Assembly (NCBI GenBank): GCA_020201435.1
Contig: JAIVGS010000001.1
Location: 1-54,759 of the forward strand
DNA from: Myxococcales bacterium
GTDB taxonomy: Bacteria > Myxococcota > Myxococcia > Myxococcales > 40CM-4-68-19
Direction: 5' to 3'
Length of the DNA: 54,759 nucleotides
Position 1 is the first letter of the stretch. Each line of letters starts with the position of its first letter. A program made the position numbers and the translations under genes. The notes beneath the pieces are model-generated. The model made no database searches. It was not told the origin of the DNA and worked only from the letters and a program-made list of their open reading frames with translations. Positions 36,486 to 46,148 of this stretch are shown here, in pieces.

Positions 36486-37826
36486 TCAGGCCCCGGTCTT
36501 TGGTAACGGCGGCGGCGACGAAGAGCGAGGCGAATTCACCCGCGCCAGCTCCTGGTTCAAGAATTCGTTTTCGCCGCGCAGCTCGTCCGCTTCCTGCGTC
36601 AACCGCTTGACGCGCTCTTCCAGCGCCTCGACCTTGGCGCGCATCGCGCCCGCTTCCGACCGCAGTGCCGCCCGCTCGCGCCCCAGGCTGTCGACCACCG
36701 CCTGCAGCTCGGCGGCGCGCGCCTCCGCCCGGCCCTGCTTCTCCTGCTGCTCCTCGACGTCGGCGCGCATCTTGCGCAGCTCCTGCTGCGCAACCTCCAG
36801 CTGGTCCTCGATCTCGCCGCGCGCCTCCGCCTGTTGTCCGCGATGGACGCGCAGCTCCGCGTCGAGCGCTGCCTCCCGCTCGCGCGCGGCCTCGAGCGCC
36901 TGCTGCAGCTGGTGCTCGCGTTCGCGCCATTCGGACTGCAGATGGGTCAGCGCCGCGATCTGCTCGTTGGCGTCCTTCACGTCCTGGACGATCTGCGCCT
37001 CGTGCGCCTGCGCCGCCGCCAGCACCTGCGCCTCGCGCGCCTGCGCCGCCGCGACCAGCTGCGCCTCGCGCTCGCGCACTTCCTGCACCATCTTCGCTTC
37101 GCGCTCGCGGACTTCGGTGATCATCTGGTTCTCTCGCGCGCGCGCCTGCTGGCGTTCGGTCTCGGCGATCTCGTGCACCTGTTTACGGAGGGTGGCGAGC
37201 TCCGCCAATTCCTGTTTTGCCTGGTCGAGCTCGGCGTGGATGTCGCCGAATCGCTCCTGCGCGCCGAGCGAAAGGTTGCGGGCTTCTTCCTCGCTCTTGA
37301 CCAGTCGATCCTGCTCGGCCCTGGCGGCGGCGGCTTCCTTCTCCGCCGATTCCGCTCGCTGGTTGGCGGCGGCGAGGGCAGCCATCGCGTCGTCGGCGCG
37401 GGCGTCGCGAACGGTCACCGAAGCCTGCAGCGCGGCCAGCGCCGCCCGAGCGCCTTCGGCTTCGGTCCGCGCGGCGTCGAGCTCGCGCTTCAACCCGTCG
37501 CGATCGATCCTCAACTCGGCCAGCTCGGACTGCAGCCGCGCCGCGCGCACGCGCTCGTCGTCCAGCTCGCGCGAGTGCGCCTGCGGCGGCGGCGGCTTCG
37601 AGACCTCCGCGATCCTCGCCGCCGCGGCAGCGAGCTGGCCCTCGGCCGCCTGCAGCATCTTCTGCAGCTGCTCGCGGACCTGCGCGATCTCCCTGTCCCG
37701 CTGGTCGAGCCGCCCCTTGTACTCCTCGGCGCGGGCGCGCTCGGTCTCGGCGCGAAGCGACTCGCGCCGCACGCGGTCCAGCTCCGCGCGCAGCTCCTCC
37801 ACGGTCGCCGGCGTGTGCGCTGCCAT
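36486..37826 (-). CDS. Long coiled-coil protein of unknown function
   Basis: E/A/R/Q-rich heptads throughout, two Pro-rich breaks, ATG 37826. Confidence 0.75.
   Translation of the reverse strand: MAAHTPATVEELRAELDRVRRESLRAETERARAEEYKGRLDQRDREIAQVREQLQKMLQAAEGQLAAAAARIAEVSKPPPPQAHSRELDDERVRAARLQSELAELRIDRDGLKRELDAARTEAEGARAALAALQASVTVRDARADDAMAALAAANQRAESAEKEAAAARAEQDRLVKSEEEARNLSLGAQERFGDIHAELDQAKQELAELATLRKQVHEIAETERQQARARENQMITEVREREAKMVQEVREREAQLVAAAQAREAQVLAAAQAHEAQIVQDVKDANEQIAALTHLQSEWREREHQLQQALEAAREREAALDAELRVHRGQQAEARGEIEDQLEVAQQELRKMRADVEEQQEKQGRAEARAAELQAVVDSLGRERAALRSEAGAMRAKVEALEERVKRLTQEADELRGENEFLNQELARVNSPRSSSPPPLPKTGA
36963..37127 (-). repeat. 33-nt (11-aa) tandem coding repeat, about 5 units
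   Basis: QMITEVREREA KMVQEVREREA QLVAAAQAREA QVLAAAQAHEA QIVQDVKDANE. Confidence 0.75.
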
Positions 37827-37834
37827 CCGCGGGC

Positions 37835-37864
37835 ACCATAACACGACGCAACGCGTGGTAAGGT
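37835..37864. promoter_or_regulatory. Divergent extended -10 pair between the coiled-coil gene and metH
   Basis: Minus TGtTATGGT + 8 nt + ATG(37826); plus TGgTAAGGT + 12 nt + ATG(37877). Confidence 0.5.
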
Positions 37865-37876
37865 GCGCGCCCTCGT

Positions 37877-40800
37877 ATGGCGGAGCCGAAGATCCTCGAT
37901 GCGATCGCCCGCGGAGTCGTCGTTTTCGACGGCGCGATGGGCACCGCTCTGCAGCGGATGCAGCTCGCCGGAGAGCTGACGGTCAAGGATTTCGACGGGC
38001 GGCAGGGATGCAACGAGGTGCTGTCGCTGACCCGGCCGGACGTGGTCGCAGGCGTACATCGCGGGTACCTCGAGATCGGCTGTGACGTCGTCGAGACCAA
38101 CACGTTCGGCGGCTCGCGGCCGAAGCTGGACGAGTTCGATCTCGGCGCGAAAGTTCACGAGGTGAACGAATCGGCGGCGCGGATCGCCCGTGAGGAGGCC
38201 GATCGCGCGCAGCGCGCTGACGGCCGTCCGCGCTTCGTCGCCGGCTCGCTGGGCCCGAGCGGATTTTTGCCTTCCAGCTCCGATCCCGACCTCGGCCGCG
38301 TCGGTCCGTCCCAGCTGATCGAGATCTTCCGCGAGCAGACGCAGGCATTGCTGCGTGGAGGAATCGATTGTGTCATCGCCGAGACGGCGCAGGACCTGCT
38401 CGAGCTGCGAGCGCAGATCTACGGCGCGCGCAAGGCGATGGCCGACGTCGGCCGCGCGGTGCCGGTGATCGCGCAGATCACGCTGGATCCGTCGGGCCGC
38501 ATGCTGCTCGGGTCCGAGCCGCTCGCGGCCGCAGCGCTGCTCAGCGCCGCCGGGGTCGACGTGATGGGGCTCAACTGCTCGACGGGGCCGCGCGAGATGG
38601 TCGATCCGTTGAGGGCGCTCGCGGACGGCGCGCCGGTGCCGTTGAGCTGCCAGCCCAACGCGGGCATTCCGGAGAATCGCGAGGGCGTCGCGGTCTATCC
38701 GCTGAAGGCGCACGAGCTCGCCGAGTATCTCGCCCGTTTCGTCCGCGATTTCAGGCTGAGCATCGTCGGCGGCTGTTGCGGGACGACGCCCGAGCATCTG
38801 AAGCAGGTGCTCGAAGCGGTGCGCGGTTCCTCCGCCGCGCGCAAGCCGCCGCGGCGCGCCCCGATGCTGTCCAGCGGGTTGAAAGCGATCCCGCTGCACC
38901 AGGAGCCGCGGCCGCTGGTGATCGGCGAGCGGGTGAACTCGCAGGGCTCGCGCAAGATGAAGGAGCTCCTGCTCGCCAACGATCTGCACGGAATCCTCGC
39001 CGTCGCGCGCGAACAGGTGGAGGGCGGAGCGCACGCGCTCGACGTCTGCGTCGCGCTCACCGAGCGCGCCGACGAGCTCGACCAGATGGTGCGCACGGTG
39101 CGCGTGCTGTCCGGGCAGATCGAGGCGCCGCTGTGCATCGACTCGACCGAGCCGGACGTGGTCGCCAACGCGCTCGAGTGGGTGCCGGGAGTCGGCATCG
39201 TCAACTCGGTCCACCTCGAGCGCGGCTGGGAAAAGATCGACAAGATGTTCCCGCTGCTCAAGCACTACGGCGCGTGCACCGTCGCGATGACGATCGACGA
39301 GAAGGGCATGGCGCTCACGCGCGAGCGCAAGCTCGAGGTCGCGCAGCGGATCTACGAGCGGGCGCTGAAGGACGGCCTGCAGCCGTGGCAGCTCTTGTTC
39401 GACGTGCTGACGTTCACTTTGGCGACCGGGGACGAGCAGTACAAGCGCAGCGCGATCGACACCATCGAAGGCATCGGCCTGGTCAAGGAGAAATTGCCCG
39501 GCGCGCTGACGGTGCTCGGCGTCTCGAACGTCAGTTTCGGCCTTTCGAAGGCAGCGCGGCCGATCCTCAATTCGGTGTTCCTCACCCATTGTCTCAAGGC
39601 CGGCCTCGACGCGGCGATCGTCAATCCGCGCGACATCCTGCCGTGGAACGAAATTCCAGCCGACGCGCGCGGGCTGGCGGAAGATCTCGTGCTCGCGCGC
39701 CGCGACGATGCGCTCGCGCGGTTGATCGCGCATTTCGAGAAGTCGGGGGCTTCCTCGAAAGCGGTGGTCGAGGAGAAGGTCTACGACACGCCGGAAGCGC
39801 GATTGCATCACCTGATCGTCGATCGGCAGCAGAAGGGGTTGATCGAGACCATCGACGAGTGCCTGAAGACGCGGAGCGCGGTCGGCGTGATCAACGACGT
39901 CCTGCTCGGCGCGATGAAGGAGGTCGGCGACCGCTTCGGCGCCGGCGAATTGATCCTCCCGTTCGTGCTGCAGAGCGCGGAAGTGATGAAGAAGGCCGTC
40001 GCGTACCTCGAGCAATTCATGGAGAAGAACGACAGCTACTCGCGCGGCAGCGTCGTTCTCGCCACCGTGTTCGGCGACGTCCACGACATCGGCAAGAACC
40101 TCGTCAAGACGATCCTCTCCAACAACGGCTATACCGTCCACGACCTCGGCAAGCAGGTGCCGGTCGACAAGATCGTCGACAAGGCCGTCGAGGTGAAAGC
40201 GGACGCCATCGGGCTGTCCGCACTGCTGGTCTCGACCTCGCGCCAGATGCCGCTCGTCGTGCAGGAGATGGATCGCCGGGGCCTCAAGCTGCCGATCCTG
40301 ATCGGCGGCGCCGCGATCAACCGCAAGTACGGCTGGCGCACCGCCTACGTCGAGGGCACCGACAAGCTCTACGAAGGCGGAGTCTTCTACTGCCGCGACG
40401 CGTTCGAGGGCCTCGACACGATGACCGGGCTGCAGGCTCCCGAGCAGCGCGCGAAGCTGCACGAGAAGCTCAAGCGCGAGGCGCACCTGCACCGCACGAT
40501 GGTGGCGGCCGGCGCGGAACGCGCCTCGACGCAGCAGCTCGCGGCGGTGACCGACGTCGCGCCGAGAAGCGTCTCCGAGCCGCCGCGCGTCTCACCGCCG
40601 TTCTGGGGGACGCGGATCGTCCCGCCCGAAGACCTCGCGCTGCGCGACATCTTCGATCATCTCGATCTGATCGAGCTGTACAAATTGCAGTGGGGCGTGC
40701 GGGTCAAGTCGCGCGACCAGTACCAGAAGCTGATCGCCGACGAGTTCGCGGCGAAGCGCCACGAATTGCAGGAGGAGTCGATCCGCAACGGCTGGCTCTC

Positions 40801-41341
40801 GCCGAAAGTCATCTACGGATATTTCCCCTGCTCGGCGAAGGGCAACGATCTCACCGTCCTCGACGCGCAGAAAAAGCCGATCTGGACGTTCCACTTCCCG
40901 CGCAAGATCGAGACGCCGCGCCACTGCCTGGCCGACTATTTCTCGGCCGACGACGTGGTCGCGTTCCAGGCGGTCACCGTCGGCGATCAGGCGACCCGCC
41001 TCTGTGCCGAGTGGGAAGCCGCCGGCGAGTTCACCCGCAGCTACTTCCTCCACGGCCTCGCCGTCGAAACCGCGGAGGCGCTCGCCGAGTACTGGCACCG
41101 CCGCGTCCGCGCCGAGATGGGCCTGCCGGAAAACCAGGGCAAGCGCTACAGCGCCGGGTATCCGGCCTGGCCCGATCTCGCCGATCAGGCCGGCGTCTGG
41201 GAGATCCTCCACCCGGAGCGCATCGGGATCACGCTCACCGAGGCGCACCAGATGGTCCCCGAGCAGTCGACCAGCGCGATCATCGTCTGGCACCCGGAAG
41301 CGTCGTACTACGCGGTGCGCACCGTCGCTTCTATGGCTTAG
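37877..41341 (+). CDS. metH: Cobalamin-dependent methionine synthase
   Basis: DGAMGT, GLNCSTGP, GGCCGT, IGERVN, GVSNVSFG, B12 motif GDVHDIGKNLV, RYSAGYPA. Confidence 0.97.
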   Translation: MAEPKILDAIARGVVVFDGAMGTALQRMQLAGELTVKDFDGRQGCNEVLSLTRPDVVAGVHRGYLEIGCDVVETNTFGGSRPKLDEFDLGAKVHEVNESAARIAREEADRAQRADGRPRFVAGSLGPSGFLPSSSDPDLGRVGPSQLIEIFREQTQALLRGGIDCVIAETAQDLLELRAQIYGARKAMADVGRAVPVIAQITLDPSGRMLLGSEPLAAAALLSAAGVDVMGLNCSTGPREMVDPLRALADGAPVPLSCQPNAGIPENREGVAVYPLKAHELAEYLARFVRDFRLSIVGGCCGTTPEHLKQVLEAVRGSSAARKPPRRAPMLSSGLKAIPLHQEPRPLVIGERVNSQGSRKMKELLLANDLHGILAVAREQVEGGAHALDVCVALTERADELDQMVRTVRVLSGQIEAPLCIDSTEPDVVANALEWVPGVGIVNSVHLERGWEKIDKMFPLLKHYGACTVAMTIDEKGMALTRERKLEVAQRIYERALKDGLQPWQLLFDVLTFTLATGDEQYKRSAIDTIEGIGLVKEKLPGALTVLGVSNVSFGLSKAARPILNSVFLTHCLKAGLDAAIVNPRDILPWNEIPADARGLAEDLVLARRDDALARLIAHFEKSGASSKAVVEEKVYDTPEARLHHLIVDRQQKGLIETIDECLKTRSAVGVINDVLLGAMKEVGDRFGAGELILPFVLQSAEVMKKAVAYLEQFMEKNDSYSRGSVVLATVFGDVHDIGKNLVKTILSNNGYTVHDLGKQVPVDKIVDKAVEVKADAIGLSALLVSTSRQMPLVVQEMDRRGLKLPILIGGAAINRKYGWRTAYVEGTDKLYEGGVFYCRDAFEGLDTMTGLQAPEQRAKLHEKLKREAHLHRTMVAAGAERASTQQLAAVTDVAPRSVSEPPRVSPPFWGTRIVPPEDLALRDIFDHLDLIELYKLQWGVRVKSRDQYQKLIADEFAAKRHELQEESIRNGWLSPKVIYGYFPCSAKGNDLTVLDAQKKPIWTFHFPRKIETPRHCLADYFSADDVVAFQAVTVGDQATRLCAEWEAAGEFTRSYFLHGLAVETAEALAEYWHRRVRAEMGLPENQGKRYSAGYPAWPDLADQAGVWEILHPERIGITLTEAHQMVPEQSTSAIIVWHPEASYYAVRTVASMA

Positions 41342-42362
41342 CGAAGGTCGACTTCGGCACCATGCAGTGGACGCCCTTGCGCACGTCCACCACCTGGCTG
41401 ATCCGGCAGTCGGCGACCATCGAGGCGAGCGAATACGCCTCCTCGCGGGTGAGCCCCTTCTTCGTCGAGAGGAAATCGACGGTCTCGGCGATCGCGTTGA
41501 GGAACGCCTTGTACAGGTCCTCGTCGAATCCGACCATGATCCAGTCCGTCTTCGTCTCGATCCGCGGCCAGGTCAGCTTCATGTCCTTGTGCACGATCGG
41601 CTGCAGCCGGATCTCCTGGTAGGAGCACTCGAGCGCGGTCAGGTTCACCTCGCCGTTGCCCTGGGCGCAGTGCGAGTCGCCGGTCCAGATCAGGCCGCCC
41701 TTGAGGAAGACGGGGATGAAGATCGTCGTCCCCTCGGTCATCTCGTTGATGTCCATGTTCGACCCGTTCTTCCACGGGCGCAGCGTGCTGACCGGCGCCA
41801 TCGGGTCCTTCACGCCGCCCTTGCGCGGCGACGGGTCGTCGGGATCGATCCCGACCGCGAGCGTCCCCGGGAACGGCTTCAGCGGAATCTGGATGCCCGG
41901 CTTGAACTCGACGCTCTTCGCGCCCGGCTTGATGTCGAAGTACTTCACGTACCCCTCGGGAAAGTCCTTGGCGAGCGCGCCGATGGTCGGGAAGTCCTTC
42001 CCCGGCAGGTTGAAATTGAACCCGACCTTCTTCGGCACGATCTTGAGGATCCGGATCTCGAGCACGTCGCCCGGTTCGGCGCCGTTGACGAAGATCGGCC
42101 CGGTCAGCGTGTGCGGGCCGCCGCCCGGATTCGCCTTCCGCAGCTCGACGATCTTCTCCATCGTGGCGCCTTTGGTGATCTGGTCCTTCGAGTGCAGGAG
42201 GGTCTCGATCGAGACGGTATCGCCGGAGTCGATGGTCAACTTGGGCGGCTCCTTCGGATCGAGCCAGCCCCACTGGACGTTCTCCGGCGTCGCCTTGAGC
42301 ACGTGATGCTTCGCCGACGCCGCCGAAGAGAGCGCGAACACGACAATCGCCAAACGTTTCAT
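41331..42362 (-). CDS. Acetamidase/formamidase-family protein with signal peptide
   Basis: Start MKRLAIVVFALSSAASA; HTLTGPIFVNGAEPGD, GSNMD, GDSHCAQGNGEV..TALE. Confidence 0.9.
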   Translation of the reverse strand: MKRLAIVVFALSSAASAKHHVLKATPENVQWGWLDPKEPPKLTIDSGDTVSIETLLHSKDQITKGATMEKIVELRKANPGGGPHTLTGPIFVNGAEPGDVLEIRILKIVPKKVGFNFNLPGKDFPTIGALAKDFPEGYVKYFDIKPGAKSVEFKPGIQIPLKPFPGTLAVGIDPDDPSPRKGGVKDPMAPVSTLRPWKNGSNMDINEMTEGTTIFIPVFLKGGLIWTGDSHCAQGNGEVNLTALECSYQEIRLQPIVHKDMKLTWPRIETKTDWIMVGFDEDLYKAFLNAIAETVDFLSTKKGLTREEAYSLASMVADCRISQVVDVRKGVHCMVPKSTFAKP

Positions 42363-42388
42363 GGAATACCCCCGGGATGCGGCGAAAG

Positions 42389-43210
42389 CTATCGCTTCGC
42401 GATCAACGACGCCACCTGCTCCGGCGCGTCGAGATGGACGTGATGTCCCGCGCCCGCCACGGTGTGCACGGTCAGGTGCAGATGCGGAAACCGCTGGCGC
42501 AGCTCGCCCTCTCCCGACAGCATCCCGTGCTCGCCGCGGATGGCGAGGAGCGGCGTCGTCACCTGCGCCATCAGCAGCTGGACGACGTCCTCGGTGATCG
42601 GCAGCGGCGAGTGCGCGCGCAAGAGCGGGTCCCACTTCCAGGCCAGCATGCCGTCCTGCTCCGGATCGGGCGAGACGCCGTGCTCGGCGAGGATCAGCGC
42701 CGCTTTCGCCGAGAGCGACGGATTGTTCCGGCGGAGGCGCTCGGCGGCGTCTGCCACCGATTCGACCCGGCGCCGTCTTCGCGGCGTCTTGCGCAGGTCC
42801 TGCAGGTAGGAGGTGAACCGCGCCGGCACCTCGTCGGTCGAAATCTTCAGCGGCACCGCGTCGATCATCGTCAAGTGCTCGACGCGGGCCGGTCGTGCCG
42901 CGGCGTAGACCAGCGCGGCGGCGGCGCCCATCGAGTGGCCGACGATGCGCAGCGGCTCGCTCGGCGAGAGCTGCTCGGCGACCTCGTCGAGGTCGGCGAT
43001 GTACTCGACGAAGTGGTAGAAGCCGCCCGCGCCGACCCACTGCGAGTCGCCGTGGCCGCGGAAGTCGAGCGCGGCGGTGCGCCCGGGCAGGAGCGGCGCG
43101 AGCAGGTCGAACGAGTGGGCATGGTCGAGCCAGCCATGGAGCAGGAGCGTCGGCCGTCCCTGCCCCCGCTCGATCGCATGGAGCTTCAACCCTCGAACAT
43201 CGAAAAGCAT
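42389..43210 (-). CDS. Alpha/beta-fold hydrolase
   Basis: LHGWLD, DFRGHGDS, GHSMG nucleophile, GHHVH. Confidence 0.92.
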   Translation of the reverse strand: MLFDVRGLKLHAIERGQGRPTLLLHGWLDHAHSFDLLAPLLPGRTAALDFRGHGDSQWVGAGGFYHFVEYIADLDEVAEQLSPSEPLRIVGHSMGAAAALVYAAARPARVEHLTMIDAVPLKISTDEVPARFTSYLQDLRKTPRRRRRVESVADAAERLRRNNPSLSAKAALILAEHGVSPDPEQDGMLAWKWDPLLRAHSPLPITEDVVQLLMAQVTTPLLAIRGEHGMLSGEGELRQRFPHLHLTVHTVAGAGHHVHLDAPEQVASLIAKR

Positions 43211-43216
43211 CGGCGC

Positions 43217-43225
43217 AGACTAACA
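43217..43225 (-). promoter_or_regulatory. Putative extended -10 (TGtTAGTCT) 6 nt before ATG
   Basis: Minus strand TGTTAGTCT-gcgccg-ATG(43210). Confidence 0.5.
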
Positions 43226-43261
43226 GCTTGAACTTTCTCATGCCGGATGTTACCGGCGCGC

Positions 43262-43759
43262 ATGGCGAATCCACTCGTCGGCATCATCATGGGCAGCAAG
43301 ACCGATCTCGAGACGCTCCAGGGCGCGGTCGAGATCCTGCGCGATTTCGGCGTCGAGCACGAGGTGCGCGTGCTCTCGGCGCACCGGACGCCGGAGGCGG
43401 TCTTGCAGTGGTCGTCGACCGCCGAGCAGCGCGGTCTCGAAGTGCTGATCGCGGCCGCCGGCGGCGCCGCGCACCTCCCGGGGGTGGTCGCGGCGAAGAC
43501 GATCCTGCCGGTGTTGGGCGTCCCGGTCCCGTCGACGACGCTCGGCGGCGCCGACGCGCTGCTGTCGATCGTCCAGATGCCGCGCGGGGTGCCGGTGGGG
43601 ACGCTGGCGATCGGCAAGTCCGGCGCGGCCAATGCGGCGCTGCTCGCCGTCGCGATCCTCGCGGGCAAGCGCCCTGAATTACGGGACAAGTTGCGCGCCT
43701 GGCGCAAGGCGCGCGCCGAAGAAGTCGAGAAAGCCGACGCTTCGGTGCGGGGCGGGTAA
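43262..43759 (+). CDS. purE: N5-CAIR mutase
   Basis: [32 protein letters not shown]. Confidence 0.96.
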   Translation: MANPLVGIIMGSKTDLETLQGAVEILRDFGVEHEVRVLSAHRTPEAVLQWSSTAEQRGLEVLIAAAGGAAHLPGVVAAKTILPVLGVPVPSTTLGGADALLSIVQMPRGVPVGTLAIGKSGAANAALLAVAILAGKRPELRDKLRAWRKARAEEVEKADASVRGG

Positions 43760-43768
43760 CGACTTCCA

Positions 43769-43864
43769 GCGCACCGCGGAGGCGCGGAGGACGCGGAGGT
43801 TTTTTACCAAAAAGAATCTCCGCGACCTCTGCGCTCTCTGCGCCTCCGCGGTGAGATTTTGCTT
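43769..43864. repeat. REP/REPIN-like inverted repeat element, copy 2 (CGCGGAGG variant)
   Basis: GCGCACCGCGGAGGCGCGGAGGACGCGGAGG ... CTCCGCGACCTCTGCGCTCTCTGCGCCTCCGCGGTG-AGATTTTGCTT; lies between convergent genes. Confidence 0.85.
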
Positions 43865-44533
43865 CTACTTGACCTTCACCCCGAGAGCGAGCCCTTCAGC
43901 AGTCGGGATCATCGTCGCGCGGAAGCGGCCGCCCTGTGCGAGCTCCTCGTTGAACTTGCGCAGCGCTTTTCGGCCTTCGTCGTCGCCGGGCAAGTGGATC
44001 TCGCCGAAACCGAAGGCGTTGTCCGCGAGGAGCAGCCCGCCCTCGCGCAGGTGATCGGCCGCCCACGCGAGGTACGCCGGATAGGAAACCTTGTCCGCGT
44101 CGACGAAGACGAGATCGAACGGGGCCTCGGCCTCGATCTCGGGCAGCTTCTCGATCGCCGCTCCGACGTGGACGTGCACCCGCGCCGCGACGCCGGCCTT
44201 GTGGAACGACTCGTTCGCCACCCGCGCGTGCTTCTCCGAGTACTCGAAGGTGTACAGCACGCCGTGCGGCGCCATCCCGCGCAACAGGCAGACGCCGCTG
44301 TAACCGCCGAGCGTCCCGATCTCGACCGCCTTCTGCGCTCCGGCCGCGCGCGCGAGCACCTCGAGGTGGAGGCCGTCGAACTTGCCGACCGCGATCGCCG
44401 GGAGGCCCTCGCGGATGCTGCGCTGGCGGATCTCGCTCAGGACCGCGTCCTCCGGACGAAAGACGCCCAGCGCCCACTCGTGCAGCGCGGGATTGCCCTG
44501 TCCGAAGCCTTTTTCCTCGGGAGATGAAGGCAT
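43865..44533 (-). CDS. O-methyltransferase (caffeoyl-CoA OMT-like family)
   Basis: VEIGTLGGYS, FDLVFVDADK, LADN. Confidence 0.92.
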   Translation of the reverse strand: MPSSPEEKGFGQGNPALHEWALGVFRPEDAVLSEIRQRSIREGLPAIAVGKFDGLHLEVLARAAGAQKAVEIGTLGGYSGVCLLRGMAPHGVLYTFEYSEKHARVANESFHKAGVAARVHVHVGAAIEKLPEIEAEAPFDLVFVDADKVSYPAYLAWAADHLREGGLLLADNAFGFGEIHLPGDDEGRKALRKFNEELAQGGRFRATMIPTAEGLALGVKVK

Positions 44534-44542
44534 GCCCGGACT

Positions 44543-45397
44543 CTACTCCGGCCCGATGCGGAGCGTTTCCTGAACCATGCCGATCAGGTCGGCTCTGTAC
44601 ACTGCGACGTACGCGAGGCAACCGAGCGCCGCGAGGGCGAGAGCGGCATGCACCGCGCGGCCGATCGCAAGAGGCCGGATTGCGCGCAGCCGCCTGCCGC
44701 TGAGCAACGAAACGACCGCGCCGCCGGCGCAGATTTCCAGGATTGCGGCGCGCGGCGCGGGATCGACCTTCACCGAGAGCACCGCGAGGACCGCCAGGAC
44801 GGGCAGCACGACGTGCGTCTCCGGCGGGAGCGGCAACAGGCTCGAGCGCCGGCCGCTCCAGGCGAAGAACGCTGCGATCGCGAGAGCGAGAACGCCCGCC
44901 GCCCAGGCGAGGCGCTGTCGCCGCCGCAGGACGAGCGACTGGCCGGTGTTGATTCGTGAGAGCTCGCGGACCGCGGCGTCGCCGGCGGTCGCGGCCTTCG
45001 CGTACCAGGAGAGCGCCGCCGAGTAGTCGCGTTCCCGCGCGGCCGCGTCGCCGAGGCCGAGCCAGCTCCGCTCTTCCCAGACCGAGCCCGGGTAATCGCG
45101 AGCGAGGCGGGTGAACCAGGCGCGCGCGCCGTCGCGGTCGCCGGCGGCGAGGCGGGCGCTGCCGATCCAGTACTCGGCACGGTCGCGCTCGGCGAACGGA
45201 CCTTCGTCGATGAGCTCGGCGACCTGGCGGAAGGTGTCGGACGGGGGTCGCTCCGGATAGGTGCGGAGGAGATCGATGAAGCGGTCTTCGCGGGCGGCGG
45301 CCACCGCGTCGGACGGGGCGGTGTCAGACCCGCGTGATATGATCGGACTTGGGTGGGGCACGGGAGCCCCTAGTAGAAGGGCGAGAAAAAACTTCAC
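44543..45397 (-). CDS. TPR-containing membrane protein
   Basis: GTGA overlap with the upstream stop; signal-like start; AEYWIG..RL...ARAWF..L..DYPGS TPR-like helices; about 4 C-terminal TMs. Confidence 0.7.
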   Translation of the reverse strand: MKFFLALLLGAPVPHPSPIISRGSDTAPSDAVAAAREDRFIDLLRTYPERPPSDTFRQVAELIDEGPFAERDRAEYWIGSARLAAGDRDGARAWFTRLARDYPGSVWEERSWLGLGDAAARERDYSAALSWYAKAATAGDAAVRELSRINTGQSLVLRRRQRLAWAAGVLALAIAAFFAWSGRRSSLLPLPPETHVVLPVLAVLAVLSVKVDPAPRAAILEICAGGAVVSLLSGRRLRAIRPLAIGRAVHAALALAALGCLAYVAVYRADLIGMVQETLRIGPE

Positions 45398-45741
45398 TCG
45401 CCGAAGCCCCGCCGCAGCGCCTTCTTCGCCGCGTGCTTCTTTTTCGAATCGACACGCCGTTCCTTCGATGCGCGCGACGGCCGCGTCGGCCGGCGCGGCG
45501 GCGGCCGATACGCGCGCCGCTCGAGCTTCTCGCGCAGGCGCCCCAGCGCGATGCGCAGGTTTTGCGTCCGCGATCGCTCGTCTTTTCCTTCGACGGTGAT
45601 CCCCGACGGCCGATGCACCAGCCGCACCGCCGTCTCCGCCTTGTTCCGGTGCTGCCCGCCCGGCCCGCTCGCCCGATGCGCCTGCACCTCGCACTGCGCC
45701 AGCAGCGCGTCGTCGTCGAGCATCCAGTCGGGCGTTCCCAC
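45394..45741 (-). CDS. GGQ peptidyl-tRNA hydrolase, ArfB-like ribosome rescue factor
   Basis: RASGPGGQHRNKAETAVRL, ERSRTQN, and basic tail RRPTRPSRASKERR...KK. Confidence 0.85.
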   Translation of the reverse strand: MGTPDWMLDDDALLAQCEVQAHRASGPGGQHRNKAETAVRLVHRPSGITVEGKDERSRTQNLRIALGRLREKLERRAYRPPPRRPTRPSRASKERRVDSKKKHAAKKALRRGFGE

Positions 45742-45750
45742 GAACGCAGA

Positions 45751-46053
45751 CTATGCCATCTGGTCCTTGGCTGCCGCCTCGATCTGCCGCGCCAGGCGCA
45801 GGTCGCGATCGGTAATTCCGCCCTTGTCGTGGCTCGACAGCGTCAACGTCACCTTCGCGTACTGAATCAGGATGTCCGGGTGATGGTCGGCGCGTTCGGC
45901 CAGCTCGCCGACGGTACCGGCGAACGCCATCGCAGCCTTGAAACCCTTGAGATCGAACGTCTTCACGATCGCCTTCCCGTCCCGCTTCCACCCGGGCAGC
46001 TCCGACAGCGCGCTCTGGATCTCGCCGTCGCTCGACAAGCCTTTCTCGGCCAT
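45751..46053 (-). CDS. Pterin-4-alpha-carbinolamine dehydratase
   Basis: AERADHHPDI, LSSHDKGGIT.RD..LA. Confidence 0.93.
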   Translation of the reverse strand: MAEKGLSSDGEIQSALSELPGWKRDGKAIVKTFDLKGFKAAMAFAGTVGELAERADHHPDILIQYAKVTLTLSSHDKGGITDRDLRLARQIEAAAKDQMA

Positions 46054-46132
46054 GGCCGTTCCTTTCCGAAGGTCTGTACGACAAGGTATCCAACGGCCGC
46101 CCGCCGCGCAGCCTGTTTCCGCCGAAAAGTCC

Positions 46133-46141
46133 TGTTAGAAC
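46133..46141 (+). promoter_or_regulatory. Putative extended -10 (TGtTAGAAC) 7 nt before ATG
   Basis: TGTTAGAAC-agagcgc-ATG(46149). Confidence 0.4.
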
Positions 46142-46148
46142 AGAGCGC

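Noticed and set aside
37827-37876. Cobalamin or SAM riboswitch before metH
   Set aside because: Only 50 nt of intergenic DNA, occupied by divergent promoter-like elements.
43262-43759. purE without adjacent purK as a novelty
   Set aside because: Unlinked or absent purK is common and cannot be judged from one window.
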